This document shows, in pieces, positions 24,275 to 37,696 of a stretch of 64,000 bases of DNA. The position numbers were made by a program, and so were the translations under genes. The notes under the pieces were generated by a model that saw only the letters and a list, made by a program, of their open reading frames with translations, searched no databases and was not told where the DNA came from. The DNA is from Mobula birostris (Eukaryota), in contig NC_092401.1 in assembly GCF_030028105.1 (NCBI RefSeq), positions 26,340,399 to 26,404,398 of the forward strand, written 5' to 3'. How positions within the stretch are numbered: the first letter of the stretch is position 1; the number at the start of each line of letters is the position of its first letter.

Positions 24275-27070
24275 TGAGGTGTGTCTATTTCAATGCAAGG
24301 AATATTGTGGGGAAGGCAGATGAGCTGAGGGTGTGGATTGACGCATGGAATTATGACATTATAGCAATTAGTGAAACTTGGCTACAGGAGGGGCAGGACT
24401 GGCAGTTTTAAGTTCCAGGGTTCCAATGTTTCAGACGCGATAGAGGCAGAGGAATGAAGGGTGGGGGTGGGGGTGGGGGTGGGATTGCTAGTCAGGGAAA
24501 GTGTTACAGCAGTGCTCAGGCAGGACAGATTAGAGGGCTTGTCTACCGAGGCCATATGGGTGGAGCTGAGAAACAGGAAAGGTATGGCCACATTAGTGGG
24601 ATTGTATTACAGACCACCCAATAGTCAGTGAGAATTGGAGGAGCAAATCTGCAGGGAAATAGCAGACAACTGCAGGAAACATAAAGTTGTGATAGTAGGG
24701 GATTTTAATTTTCCACATATTGATTAGGACTCTCATACTGTTAGGGGTCTGGATGGTTTAGAATTTGTAAAATGTGTTCAGGAAAGTTTTCTAAATCAAT
24801 ATATAGAGGGACCAACTAGAGAGGTTGCAGTATTAGATCTCCTGTTAGGAAACGAGTTAGGACAGGTGATGGAAGTGTGTGTAGGGGAACACTTTGGTTC
24901 CAGTGATCATAACACCGTTAGTTTCAGCTTGATCATAGATAAAGATAGATCTGGTCCTCGGGTTGAGGTTCTAAACTGGAAAAAGGCCAAATTTGAAGAA
25001 CTGAGAAAGGATCAAAAGCATGGATTGGGACAGGTTGTTCTCTGGCAAGGATGTGATTGGTAAGTGGGAGGCCTTCAAAGGAGAAATTTTGAGAGTGCAG
25101 AGTTTGTATGTTCCTGTCAGGATTAAAGGCAAAGTGAATAAGAATAAGGAACCTTGGTTCTCAAGGGATATTGGAACTCTGATAAAGAAGAAGAGAGAGA
25201 TGCATGACATGTATAGGAAACAGGAAGCAAATAAGGTGCTTGAGGAGTATAAAAAGTGCAAAAAAACTTAAGAAGGAAATCAGAAGGCCTAAAAGAAGAC
25301 ATGAGGTTGCTTTGGCGGTCAAGGTGATGAATAATTCAAAGAGCTTCTACTGGTATATTAAGAGCAAAAGGATAGTGAGGGATAAAATTGGTCCTCTTGA
25401 AGATCAGAGTGGTTGGCTATGTATGGAACCAAAAAATAATGGGGAGATCTTAAATGTTTTCTTTTTTTGCATCTGTATTTACTAAGGAAACTGGCATGGA
25501 GTCTATGGAAATAAGGCAAACAAGTAGTGAGGTCATGGAACCTATACAGATTGAGGAGGAGGAGGTGCTTGCTATCTTGAGGCAAATCAGAGTAGGTAAA
25601 TCCCCAGGACCTGACAGGGTATTCCCTCGGACCTTGAAGGAAACTAGTGTTGAAATTGCAGGGGCCCTGGCAGAAATATTTAAAATGTCGGTATCTACAG
25701 GTGAGGTGCCAGAGGATTGGAGGATAGCTCATGTTGTTCCGTTGTTTAAAAAAGGCTCTAAAAGTAATCCGGGAAATTATAGGCCAGTAAATTTGATGTC
25801 GATAGTAGGTAAGTTATTGGAAAGAGTACTGAGAGATAGGATCTACAAGTATTTGGATAGACTGGGACTTATTAGGGAGAGCCAACATGGCTTTGTGTGT
25901 GGTAGATCATGTTTAAGCAACCTATTAGAGTTTTTCGAGGTGGTTACCAGGAAAGTGGATGAAGGGAAGGCAGTGGATGTTGTCTACATGGACTTCAGTA
26001 AGGCCTTTGACAAAGTCCCGCATGGGAGGTTAGTAGGAAGATTCAGTCGCTAGGTGTACATGGAGAGGTAGTAAATTGGATTAGGTATTGGCTCAATGGA
26101 AGAAGCCAAAGAGTGGTAGTGGAGGATTGCTTCTCTGAATGGAGGCCTGTGACTAGTGGTGTGCCACAGGGATCAGTGCTGGGTCCATTGTTATTTGTCA
26201 TCTATATTAATGATCTGGATGATAATGTGGTAAATTGGATCAGCAAATTTGCTGATGATACAAAGATTGGAGGTGTAGTGGACAGTGAGGAAGGTTTTCA
26301 AAGCTAGCAGAGGGACTTGGACCAGCTGGAAAAATGGGCTGAAAAATGGCAGATGGAGTTTAATACAGACAAGTGTGAGGTATTGCACATTGGAAGGACA
26401 AACCAAGGTAGAACATACAAGGTAAATGGTAGGGCACTGAGGAGTACAGTAGAACAGAGGGATCTGGGAATACAGATACAAAATTCCCTAAAAGTGGCGT
26501 CACAGGTGGATAGGGTGGTAAAGAGAGCTTTTGGTACATTGGCCTTTATAAATCAAAGTATTGAGTATAAGAGCTGGAATGTTATGATGAGGTTGTATAA
26601 GGCATTGGTGAGGCCGAATCTGGAGTATTGTGTTCAGTTTTGGTCACCAAATTACAGGAAGGATATTAATAAGTTTGAAAGAGTGCAGAGAAGGTTTACA
26701 AGGATGTTGCTGGGACTTGAGAAACTGAGTTACAGAGAAAAGTTGAATAGGTTAGGACTTTATTCCCTGGAGCGTAGAAGAATGAGGGGAGATTTGATAG
26801 AGGTATATAAAATTATGATGGGTATAGATAGAGTGAATGCAAGCAGGCTTTTTCCACTGAGGCTGGGGGAGAAAAAAACCAGAGGACATGAGTTAAGGTT
26901 GAGGGGGGAAAAGTTTAAAGGGAACATTAGGGGGGGCGTCTTCACACAGAGAGTGGTGGGAATGTGGAATGAGCTGCCAGACGAAGTGGTAAATGCGAGC
27001 TCATTTTTAACATTTAAGAAAAACTTGGACAGGTACGTGGATGAGAGGTGTATGGAGGGATATGATCCAG
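24275..27070 (+). pseudogene. CR1 ORF2 APE endonuclease-reverse transcriptase, disrupted by stops and frameshifts
   Basis: YFNAR, ISETWL, YYRPP, GDFN, SDH (endonuclease); [38 protein letters not shown] (RT). Split over at least 8 ORF pieces. Confidence 0.93.
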
Positions 27071-27639
27071 GCGCAGGTCTGTGGGACTGGGCAGAAAAAT
27101 GGTTCGGCACAGCCAAGAAGGGCCAAAAGGCCTGTTTCTGTGCTGTAAGGTTCTATGGTTCTATATACATTGAAACACACAAATGAGGGATGGGATTAGG
27201 GATCTGGTGCTTTGAGTCTGTTCCAACAAAATTTAATGTCAATGTGCAGTTTGTTGTCCTATGCACAAGTGCAATGAAAAACGTAGATGCATGGCGTAAT
27301 ATAAACGTTAATTATACACAATTTTTTTACAAGGAAAAGCAATTAAATCAAAAAAGCCCCATTTTAGTGCAAAGTGGCTGTAATGTTGCAAAACTATAGT
27401 GATTAGGGTTGTGTAAGTTGGTTCAAGAACCAAATGGTTAAAGGGAAGGAATTGTACTTGAACCTGGTGGTGTGGGGCCTTCAGGCTTCTATGCCTCCTG
27501 CTCAATGGTTGCTCCAAGAAGTTGTCGTGGCCCAGATGGTGAGGATCTTTGATGGATGTTACCTTCTTGAGGTAACATCACTTGTAGGTATGACTGATGT
27601 GTGATGATTTTGCACATACAATCAATGTGTAGACCAGGG

Positions 27640-28110
27640 CATACCAGAAGTTAAAGGATTAACCTATGAAGAGTGTTTGATGCCTCTGGGCCTGTACTTG
27701 CTGGGGTTTTGAAGAATGAGGAAGAATCTCACTGAAATCCATTACTATTGGAAGGTCCAGAGTAAGTGGGCACAGGGAGGACGTTTCCTATAGTGGGAGA
27801 GTCTGGGAATGGAGGGCACATCCTCGGAATAGAAGGGCACCTCTTTAGAACTGAGATGAGAAGGAATTTCTTTAGCCAGAAAGTGGTGAATCTGTGGAAT
27901 TTATTGCCACAGACAGCTGTGGAGGCCAAGTCATTGGGAAAATTGAAAGTGGAGGCTGATAATTTCCTGATTTGGAAGGGCATCAAGGGATACGGGGAGA
28001 AGGAACGAGAATGAGCTTGAGAGGGATAATAAATCAGCCATGATCAAATGGCAGAGTAGACTTGTTGGGCCGATTGACCTAATTCTGCTCCTATGTCTTA
28101 TGGCCTTATG
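27640..28110 (+). mobile_element. CR1 3' fragment
   Basis: FRTEMRRNFFSQKVVNLWNLLP followed by 3' UTR. Confidence 0.85.
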
Positions 28111-29099
28111 TATATAAGCTAATGTTATGTATATACGGCCATACTCAAACAGTTACATACATTGCATCCTATAAGATTGCTTTTATAGTTATGTTGATTG
28201 TGTTTATTTGTTTTTATTGTGTTCTTTATGCTTGTTGTATTTTTTAATGCTGAGCTGGGTGCAGTGTAGTGACCATTTTGTTCTCCTTTACACCTGTGTA
28301 CTGAAGAACAAGAATAAGTAATCTCGGTGGTGGGGAGTGATAAGCACGCCACTCTTTGCAGCTCCTTGCATCCTTTCGCTTCAAATTGCTGTGCCAAGCC
28401 ATGATGTAACTGATGACATAAGAAGATCGTGTATGATTGAGGTGTCACCCCAAATCCACATTTCTGTCTAGCCACGGTAACCTTTCACCTCCCAGTTGCT
28501 TATCAAGTATCTCTCTATTGCTACCATGAAAATATTCAGAGACAATGTTTCTCCTGCCCTGAGAGAAAGGGGTTCAATCACTCACACTCATCTGAGAGGA
28601 GGGAAAGAACTTACCTCTGCTTTAAAATGGGCGATTGTTATTGAAATAGTAACCCCTTAGTTTTAGTTTCTTCATGAAGAAGTTACATCCTCTCTGCAAA
28701 GACCCCTCAGGGTCTCACATCCCAAGGTTCGCGCCCTGGGCTCAGGGCTCAGGCCTCCGACCTCTGACCTCTGGTCTGTACACAAACACGACAAGCATAG
28801 ATTACAATAAACCTAAGTTAACATAAGTTATACAAAAGTCACATGACAAAATAAAGAAAAGCAAATAATAATATTAGTGCCAGTAGATGGAAATATAGTC
28901 CAAGATAGATCTGAGGGTAATTCAGGTCAGTTCAAGGCAGTGGTTTGCTAATGGGAACAGCATTGCTTTACTTATCCTTTCTAAATGATCATGACCTTGT
29001 TAAATCTCCTTTTAACCTTTGCTCCAAGGACAAGCTCAGTTTCACTAGTGAACCTTGTAGCCAGACTCCTTCGCTCCCAGAACCGTTCTCGTGCAGCTC

Positions 29100-29660
29100 T
29101 TCAAGTTCAAGTTTATTGTCATTCAACCATGTACAGCTAAACGAGACGTCACACCTCTGGGGCCGAGGTGCAAAACACAGCACATATAGTCACACACAGA
29201 GCACACAGTACATGTAGTTATGATCCAACACATACAGTCACAAAACAATACTCACACAAATCCCTGAGTGGCATGGCCTTAACAAGTTGGTACGTAAGTG
29301 TGAGGTGCATGTTTATGTAAGATATTATAATATTACTGACACTGTTACAGTAAAACAAGCTGTTGTATAAATGAGTGTTAACAGCAGCAATGAAAGATGA
29401 CAAGTGACCAGTGCAGGGTGAGGGTGTGTGTGAGCTGGGGAGTGAGGTGAGTTGGGTGGGAGGAGGACGTGCACGTGCAGCAGGACATTCAGACAGGGTG
29501 TACGTGTGTGCTGGGTGGCAACAGGGTGTTAAGAAGTCTAACAGCCTGGGGGAAGAAGCTACCCCTATCCTGTCAGTTCTGGTTCTTCTGCCGCCATACT
29601 TTATGCCTGATGGCAGGAGGTCAAAGAGATTGTGGGAAGGATGGTGGGGTCTTTGACAAT
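29100..29660 (-). mobile_element. Rex-Babar-type 3' fragment
   Basis: TTCAAGTTCAAGTTTATTGTCA tail; TGCCTGATGGCAGGAGGTC is the reverse of LLPSG. Confidence 0.7.
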
Positions 29661-30281
29661 GCTGGATTTTCTGCCCTCTTCCCTAAAAGCCCGGCTTCTT
29701 ACCAGAACTGGAAGCAATTTTCTGAAGGTGGCTTAACTAGTTCATCAGTGATGTTCAGAACATCCCTGTCTTTTGACCATGGTGCCTTTATCCAAAGTTT
29801 CTACCTGTGGCAATGCAAATATTATGAGGAGGCTTCAGATAATTTAATTTCATGGTGTTCTTTTCAGTAAAGGAAGTTCAGTGGTGGGTAGATATTCTTA
29901 AGAGAACTATTTATGTGGAATGAATCAGCTGCCTCACTTAGCCAGGCCTCTGATGTGTTGTGTCGTGCCCCTATCCGTTCTGAAACTTCCACCAATGCCA
30001 CAAAGTGACTGAACTGTGGTGTCCGGAAAGTTGCTGCTGTGAAAGAGTTCCCTTTTTTGGTCTTTTGCTGCACTGACTTTCCCCTGGAGGTTCTGACTCA
30101 GACTGGGTGTGGTTCAAATCAGTAGACTTGATGTGCAAACCTGTTCCCTAATCTCGGCACAGAGGGGAGTGAGGGCCGAGAGCTGTGGGTCAAACCAATC
30201 CTACCCTCATCCAATCTGCAGATGTTATCAATTTTCAATAAGCTATTATGATGTGGACATCAGAAGCTGTGGCTACAGTTA

Positions 30282-30794
30282 CACACACAGCAGAAGCTTT
30301 ATTTATACACCTGCTCGTTAATGCAATATTTAACGACCCCATAATGAGGCAGCAACTCGTTGCTTAAGAGCACACTGATGCGGTCAAGAGGTTCAGTTGG
30401 CATTCAGACCAAACAGTAGAACGGGGAAGAAATCTGATCTAAGTGATTTTGACTTTTGAATGAGTGTTGGTGCCAGATAGAGTGGTTCGAGTACCTCATG
30501 CACAACAGAGTTTACAGAGAATGGCGTGTAAAACAAAAATAAACATCCAGTGAGCAGCAGTTCTGTGGGTGACTGAGAGAGGAAGGAGGGGATTGACTAG
30601 ACTGGTTCAAGCTGACAGGAATGTGACAGTAACTGAAACAGCCACACATTACAACAGTGGCGTGCAGAAGAGACTCTCTACACAGCATGTCAAACCTGGA
30701 AGTGGACAGACTACAGCAGCAGAAGACCACGAACACACGCTCAGTGACCACTTTATTAGGTACAGGAGATACCTAATAAAGTTGCCACTGAGTG
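30282..30794 (+). mobile_element. Tc1-derived MITE-like element
   Basis: RLVQADRNVTVTETATHYNSGVQK relic; ends CCTAATAAAGTTGCCACTGAGTG then TA. Confidence 0.8.
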
Positions 30795-32221
30795 TATCTC
30801 TACCCTACCCAAAAACACTTGTCCCAGTTTCCTGAGCCTAGCCCAAACAGACCTCGGTTCAATTAGAAACTAAGAGAATCAATCCAGAGGACAATATTTA
30901 TTCCAAAGAAGGGTGGAAATATCTGTGAGTACAGAAAGCCTGAAACAATAACAGAAAAGTCTAAGCTCTTTCTACCTCAGGTACAATTATGGGTTGGCAT
31001 TTTGAGTCACTGGTCATACTGAGGAGAGTTCTCTTTTATGAACCACTAACCCTGGTTATTTCTCTCTCTACAGATGCTGCCTGACATGCTGGTTATTTCC
31101 ATGGTCTTTGACAATATCTATTCCACAGCAGCAGGCACTGAGTTAACCTTTCAGGAGATGTCAACTAGAGGACTCAGTTTTAAGGTAATTCACTACAGAA
31201 GCAGATCAGAATTTGTCTTTTATACATAATTTTGCCGTAATCTGGCAATGACAATCTGGGAAGTGGGGAGAGAAGGGGGAAAAGTTTAAAAGAGATTGAG
31301 AAGGTAAGATTCTTTACACCGAGGGTGCTATGTGCCTGGAATGTGCAGCCAGGAGAGATGGTGGAAGCTGATAAGACAGCAACAGTTAAAAGGCGTTTAG
31401 ACAAGCAAGTGATACAGGGATTTAGATTATGTGCAAGTAGATGGAATTAATTTAAGTGGCCGGCACAGATATCGTGGGCCGAATGGCCTGCTCCTGTGCT
31501 CTATTGTTTACTGGAGTCACCAGAAACCGCAAACGCCAAAATCTGGAGTGACAATCTGCTGGAGGAATTCAGTGGGTTGAGCAGCATCTGTAGGTAGGAA
31601 AGCAAATGTCGATGTTTCAGGAATGATACAGAGTTTTGATCTGAAATGTCAACAGTACATTTGCTCCCTTCAAACTGGTGCGCAGCCTACCGAGATCCGC
31701 CAGCAGATTGCTGCGCTGTCTTCAGATTCCGATTCAGACGTACTTATCACATGTGCATTGAAGCATACAGTGAAACGTGTTGTTTGTGTTCACAACCCAA
31801 GTTTGTGCTGGGGAGCCACCCACAAGCATTTCCACGCATTCTGGTGTCAATGTAACATGCCTATGATACTTGTCAGAACAACACAGAACACAACAAGCAG
31901 TAAAACAGCAACAGCAAAACATACACAGTCCTGCAACTACAGGACAGGCTATCTTCAACCTCCGGCCTCCAGCTGATTGGACTCGGACTTGCAGACACCG
32001 GACCTTCAAACCCAGTAGCTGCCCATTCACAATAGCTAGGTAGTAAATTGCAACAAATCCCCACAATCTGTATCAGCCAGACAAAATCTTGCTGGGTGGA
32101 TGGATGTGACACTGAGTAAATGTTTATCCAGCATGGAGACCTTTGTGGTGGGATGCTAGATCAAATGAGCTTAACCCAGATTGCCCCCAGTTACTTATTC
32201 CTGATTGTTATCGACTGCATG

Positions 32222-32745
32222 ACCATAGACATACAGTAGTAGCAGATTTAGGTTATTTTCCCCATTGGATTTGCCCCATTCCATCATGGCTGATACATTA
32301 ACCCTCTCAACCCTATCCTCCTGCCTTCTGCGTACCCTTTGGCACCCTTACTAATCAACCTCTACTTCAAATATACACAATAACTTGGCCCCCATAGCTA
32401 TCTGTGGCAATGAATTCCACAGATTCACCACCCTCTGGCTAAAGAAATTATTTCTCAACTCTGTTCTAAAGGGACGTCTTACTATTCTGTGGCTGTGGCC
32501 TCTGGTCCTAGACTCCCCCACTACAGGAAACATCCTCTTCCAAGTCCACTCTACCTAGGCCTTTCGATATTAGGTAGGTTTTAATGAGATCCACCATCAT
32601 TCTTCTAAACTCCAGCAAATACAGGCCCAGAGCCATCATTAACTCCTTCATTCCTGGGTTTCTTCTCATAAACCCCCTCTGGACCCCCCAATGCCAGCAC
32701 ATCCTTTCTTAGACATGGGGTCCAAAACTGTTGACAATACTCCAC
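32222..32745 (-). mobile_element. CR1 3' fragment
   Basis: FPVVGESRTRGH...NFFSQRVVNLWNSLP. Confidence 0.85.
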
Positions 32746-33282
32746 AGGTACTTGCAGTGTTTAGACTTTCAAATACTTTGCTATTTTAGAGTAATATATC
32801 TTTGAAGCTCCCTAACATTCAATAAGCAAGAAAAACAAATCCTGTGCACAAACTAGGCAGCTGATCTTAGCCATGATGCCAATATTTACATGCTAACCCC
32901 TGACCCTGGTGACTAAAATTGATTGAGTAATTAGTTTTGGCAACATAAAAACTAGTTTTTTAAAAAATCAGTAATTATCATGGTGAGGTTCTGTCAGCTT
33001 CTGCGTTCAAGGTATTTTTCTTGTTGCTTTTCAGAAGGATTGAGCTTTGTGGTATGGTACGTGCTTTCAAGCATTTGCATCTTCTGCGAGATGGCAGAAT
33101 GGTGTGTGGGGGAATCTTTGATTGCATTGGCTGCATCTGCAATCAGCAGGAAGTGTATATAAAGGCCATGGAGGGGAGGCTGATTGTCATGAAGTGATTG
33201 TTAGCTGCTGTGAACGAAGCTGGACATGTGGGTTGCAGATACTGCCCCTCTGTACCTAACTCAAGCCCCTCTCAATCAATAG

Positions 33283-35105
33283 GGATGGCATGGTAGAGCA
33301 GTGGTCAGTGTAATGCTATTACAGTACCAGTGAGCCGGGTTCAATTCTCACCGTTACAGTGCTTTTTAATAGTATTCAGCCCTCAACACTTTGTTCACAT
33401 AAATGAGTGTAACAGCCAGGAACTATGATCAAATCAATTGAGAATTCTTATTTGTGAGTCACATGCTCCATTTTTCACAGTTAGAGCCGAAACAAAAAAA
33501 AAGGGAAAATTGTAAAACATGACAAAACTAAAAATGCAAAAGCTGAAATGTCAGCAGTCCAAAAGTATTTATCACTCGTTGCTCAGGACTTCGTTGAAAC
33601 ACTTCTCACAACTATTAGAGCCAGTAGTCTTTTTGGATAAGTCTCTATTAGCTTTGCATAACGTGATGGAGTAGGATTTGCCCATTCCTCCTTGCAAAAT
33701 TGCTCAAACTGTGCCAGGTTAGTTGGGCAGTGGCAGTGGACAGCAATCCGAGGCCTTGCCAGAGATGCTCGATCAGATTAAGTTCAGGGCTTTGACTAGG
33801 CCACTCAAGAATATCAATTTTCTTCATTTGAAGCCACCCCATGTTTGCTTTGGCAGTCATTGTCCTGCTGAAAATTGTTCTGGGAACATCCTCCCTAGTG
33901 TAAGCTTTCTGGCAGAGGCTAGCAAGTTTTTATCCAGGATCCCTCTGTATTTAGCAACATTCATCTCCTCATCAATGCCGACCAGGTTTCCAGTCTCTGC
34001 TGCTGAAAGGCAATCCCGTAGCATGATGCTTCTTCCACCACACTTTACAGTAGGGATGGTGTTACCTGGCTGATGTCCGGTATTAGATTTACTTAGTGTT
34101 GAGGCCAAGAAGTTCCACTTTAGTCTTATCCGACCACAAGACCTTCTTTTCACATCTTTACAAAATCTTTATGGGCAAGGATATGTTTTTTTTTAGCCAG
34201 GGCTTCTTCCTTGCCACTCTTCTATAAATACTCTTTCTGTATTAGAGGCCTTAGAGATTGTGGAACCATGAACTTCATCTCCAGTTTCAGCCACTGACTT
34301 CTGCAGCTCACTCAAAGTGACTGTTGGTGTCACAGTAGCCTCTCTTACAAATACCTTTCTTCGGCAACTTGGTGGGGGTGGGGGGGGGGGGGTGCGCAGC
34401 CTGACCTAGGCAGTGTGGCTGTGATTTCATGTATTTTCCTCTTTTTCATGATGAATTGTACTGAGCTCTGAGGTATGTTCAGTACCTTTGAGATGGTCTT
34501 GTACCCCTCCCCAGATTTCTGCTGCTTTATTTCCCTGACTTGCCTTGAATGCTCTTTTATCTTCATTTTGGTTTGGTCTGTTGAAAACCTACCATACTGT
34601 TGGACCTTATAGAGAGGGGGGGAATTTATTCAGGCGATCCTCTGATTTTCTACATCAAACTGGGTGAGCTGGTAAGGTAATATACAGTATTGCACCTGAG
34701 GAAAGTTAGCATAGTTACAAAGGGCATGAACACTCTTTCAGCAAACAATTTTGACTTTTAATTTTTAGTAAATTGTTGACAGGTTTTGGAATTTTTAATT
34801 TGATTTGACGTGATGCACAATGTTTTGTAGATTTGCTCAAAAAATCCAACTTCAATGTATTTAAAAATTTAGAAAATGAGACCGTAAAATATGAAAATAG
34901 TTGTGGGATGAATACTTTTTCTCAAGGCACTATATCTGTAAGGAATTTGTATGGCCGCGTGGGCTTCCTCCAAGTGCCCCGGCTTCCTCCAAGTGCCCCA
35001 GTTTCCTCCCACATTCCAGTAGGTTAATTGGTCACATGGTGTAATTTGGCAGGTTTGATTGGTTGAGTCAGATGGGTCCATTACCATGATGTATCTCTAA
35101 ATAAA
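33283..35105 (+). mobile_element. V-SINE split by the Tc1 insertion (33283-33356 and 34933-35105)
   Basis: GGGTTCAATTCTCACCGT-TA joins TCTGTAAGGAATTTGTA, restoring the SINE consensus. Confidence 0.8.
33357..34932 (-). mobile_element. full-length decayed Tc1/mariner (Tc1-class) transposon, about 1.58 kb
   Basis: TIRs CAGTGCTTTTTAATAGTATTCA and TGAATACTTTTTCTCAAGGCACTA with TA TSD. Minus ORFs: KSGEGYKTISKVLNIP (HTH), PTVKCGGRSIML...NLLASARKL, and [17 protein letters not shown]. Confidence 0.93.
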
Positions 35106-36539
35106 TCATTGCTGATGTCAGGTAGGGCAAGAATCTGTTAGAGACCTTGGACCCCCTCTAAGTGTCTAACTTAAGAGTTTTTTAATTTGTTGAGGATTTG
35201 AAGGGGTCTTCATTTTATCTACTATTTCCATTGTAATAATTGATAAAGATGGTAAGCCTTACTAGCTGATGGCAATGAACCATTAACTGCATGCTAAATC
35301 ATACCTGCTGAATCAGAATCAGATTTATTGTCTCTGACTTGTACAACGTGAAATATGTTGTTTTGCAGCAGCAGAACAGTGCCAAGACTTTAGAATTACT
35401 ATAAATTATAAAAATAAATAATGTTTTTTTTAAATAAGGCAGTGTTCACGGGTCGCAAGTGTTGGTAAGCTTCCGGCACCCACAACCTGCTAACCCTCAT
35501 TCGGACGTCTTTTAATGTGGGAGGAAAGTGGAGCACCTGGAGGAAGTCGGTGAAGAATAAATTCCCCCAACCTTGTCAGCTGCAGTATCTCTTAGTGTAT
35601 ATATCTCAAGTCCCTACTCTCCCTGTTGGTGTTGACTGCCTGTTGCACAGATACAAGAGCGGAGAGTAGTTTTGTCCTTGAGCGGGATTATTTGGGGTCT
35701 GCAAGGCTCCGTTGGGAAGAGGCCATAGGAATGACTGAGTTGATATAAAAGAGTTTAATTATGGGGAATGGGTTGAGGTTTCTCAATCTATTTGCCTCCC
35801 AACAATTTTCTTTTAGATTCTGAAGTTCACAAACTGCATTTGAGCTCTGTAATTGTACTGTTATTATTCCTGAAGTCACCAGAAATCTGCATCTCAGGGA
35901 GTGATGCCTATCTTTCTCCAGCCTTTTTCACAGCCCTTTCATCAGCCGTTCGTCTTACTTTGGACTAGAGGTTTGCAGCAGTGACCCGTTACTAATGGGA
36001 CACTTTTTGAGTCTGGGTTTGGGCAACACTCAAGTCCAGGGTTCAAAAATCTGCTGCCTGGTCCGACTTTTGCATCGAAGGTCAGCAGGGATGGATAACA
36101 ACAACTGATCTTGACGTAGAGCTTTTAGTGCAGTCATTTGTCCCAGGACATTAAACTATAGAGGCACAAGAGACTGCAAAAGTTATTCCTTCAGGGTCAG
36201 AATCAGATTTATTATCACTTCATATGTGGTGAAATTTGTTGATTTGTGTCAGGAGTACAGTGCCAGATATAAAATATAAATTACAATAAGAAATATATAT
36301 AAAAAGTAGTGAAAAAAAAACAACAAAATAGTGAGGTGGTTTCCGTGGGTTCAGAAATCTTGAAGAAGCTATACCTAAAATGTTGAGTGTGTGTGTCTTC
36401 AGGCTCCTGTACCTCCTCTCTGATGGTAGTAATTAGAAAAGGGCACGTCCTGGGGGTGGTGAATGTCCTTAATGATGGATGCCACTGCCTTGAGGGTAGT
36501 ATAAAACCTTATGGCATGAATATTGACCAGGTAAAAGCT

Positions 36540-36990
36540 CTCCCTCTGTCCCCTTTCTCTCTCCTCCTGAGCTCACCAGTTCTTCCTACACTGCCACAAT
36601 CACCCTGTTTTATTCCCTTCCTCTTCTCACTCTATTTGCCCCCACATTCCTCCCACTCAGACCCCTCACCCCCCACTGTTCCTCTCTGCCCTCCACACTT
36701 CCCTCCCTTGGTTACATGTTCCACCTTCCTCTCCTATCAGACTCCGTCCTCTGTAACCCTCCCAGCCTCAGTCACTGTTCCCACTCTTCCCCCCTCCATC
36801 TACCTGCTCATCCGGATCAGCCTGTCACCTGCCAGCTCTTGCTCCATCCCTTCCCTCCACCTTTGTAGATCGGCTATCTCCCTTCTATTTTTCAGCCGAG
36901 ATGAACAATCTCAATCTGAAACATCAACTGTCCATTTCCCTCCACAGATGCTGGCTGACCGACTGAGTTCCTCCAGCATTTTGTTCTTTA
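36540..36990 (+). mobile_element. Penelope-like pyrimidine-rich 3' region with terminal repeat
   Basis: C/T-rich tract ending GAAACATCAACTG...GATGCTGGCTGACCGACTGAGTTCCTCCAGCA. Confidence 0.65.
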
Positions 36991-37696
36991 ATCAAACTAT
37001 AACTGACACTAAGTCTAGAATAAATATTATGACACCTAGCAAAGTTTAATCACAGATGAGATGATTGATAAGGTCAGAGTTTCAGGAATAGAACAACTTT
37101 CCTTTGAAACTTTGATAGATAAGACACAGGCAGGATGGAAAGATACAGAGGACAGAACGGGCAACAAGATTTAAGGATGTTGCTGGGTTAAAGAGGGCGG
37201 GTCCGTGGTGGGAGTTGAGCACAAGGATGAGAATTTTAAAACTATTGTAGCAGAAGGTGGGGTCACTGGCGTTGTTTCCAGAATTCTGGCTGAGCTGACG
37301 TCCATGAAGGACGGAAGGGAGAAGGTCAGACCAGGAGCACGCCTGAATTGTCCAGTCCTGTCTCTTTATCCTCTTCCCCAGTCAACGGCAACCAGCAGCA
37401 GGCCCCAGCTGGGATCAGACTGTGCAGTGCAGAGCACAGGCTCGTCCTGCTTCCGGCAGTTCATTCTCACAATACTCTACAGACTTCAGAGTTTCTGATC
37501 CTGGGCTTTTAAAACCCTCAAGTTCACATCCCTCCCTGGTTTCCCACACGCAGTTCTCTGATTAAGACTTTTTGGCTCCTCACCCTTTCCTTCCCTCGCA
37601 CTGTTGCTTTCAGTTGGCTGAGATTTCAGCATCGTGCACAAAGGTGAAATGTCTGCAGTTTGCAATATTCAAAAAAATCCCAAAGGTCTGTCATTT

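Larger units (their letters stand above)
23716..27165 (+). mobile_element. long 5'-truncated CR1 LINE (ORF1 esterase C-terminal part, ORF2 EN-RT, 3' UTR)
   Basis: Continuous CR1 motifs over 3.4 kb, ending in a TTCTATGGTTCTAT tail. Confidence 0.96.

Noticed and set aside
36387-37049. 220-aa Pro/Ser/Leu-rich ORF
   Set aside because: Runs across an antisense Rex fragment and a C/T-rich Penelope tail.
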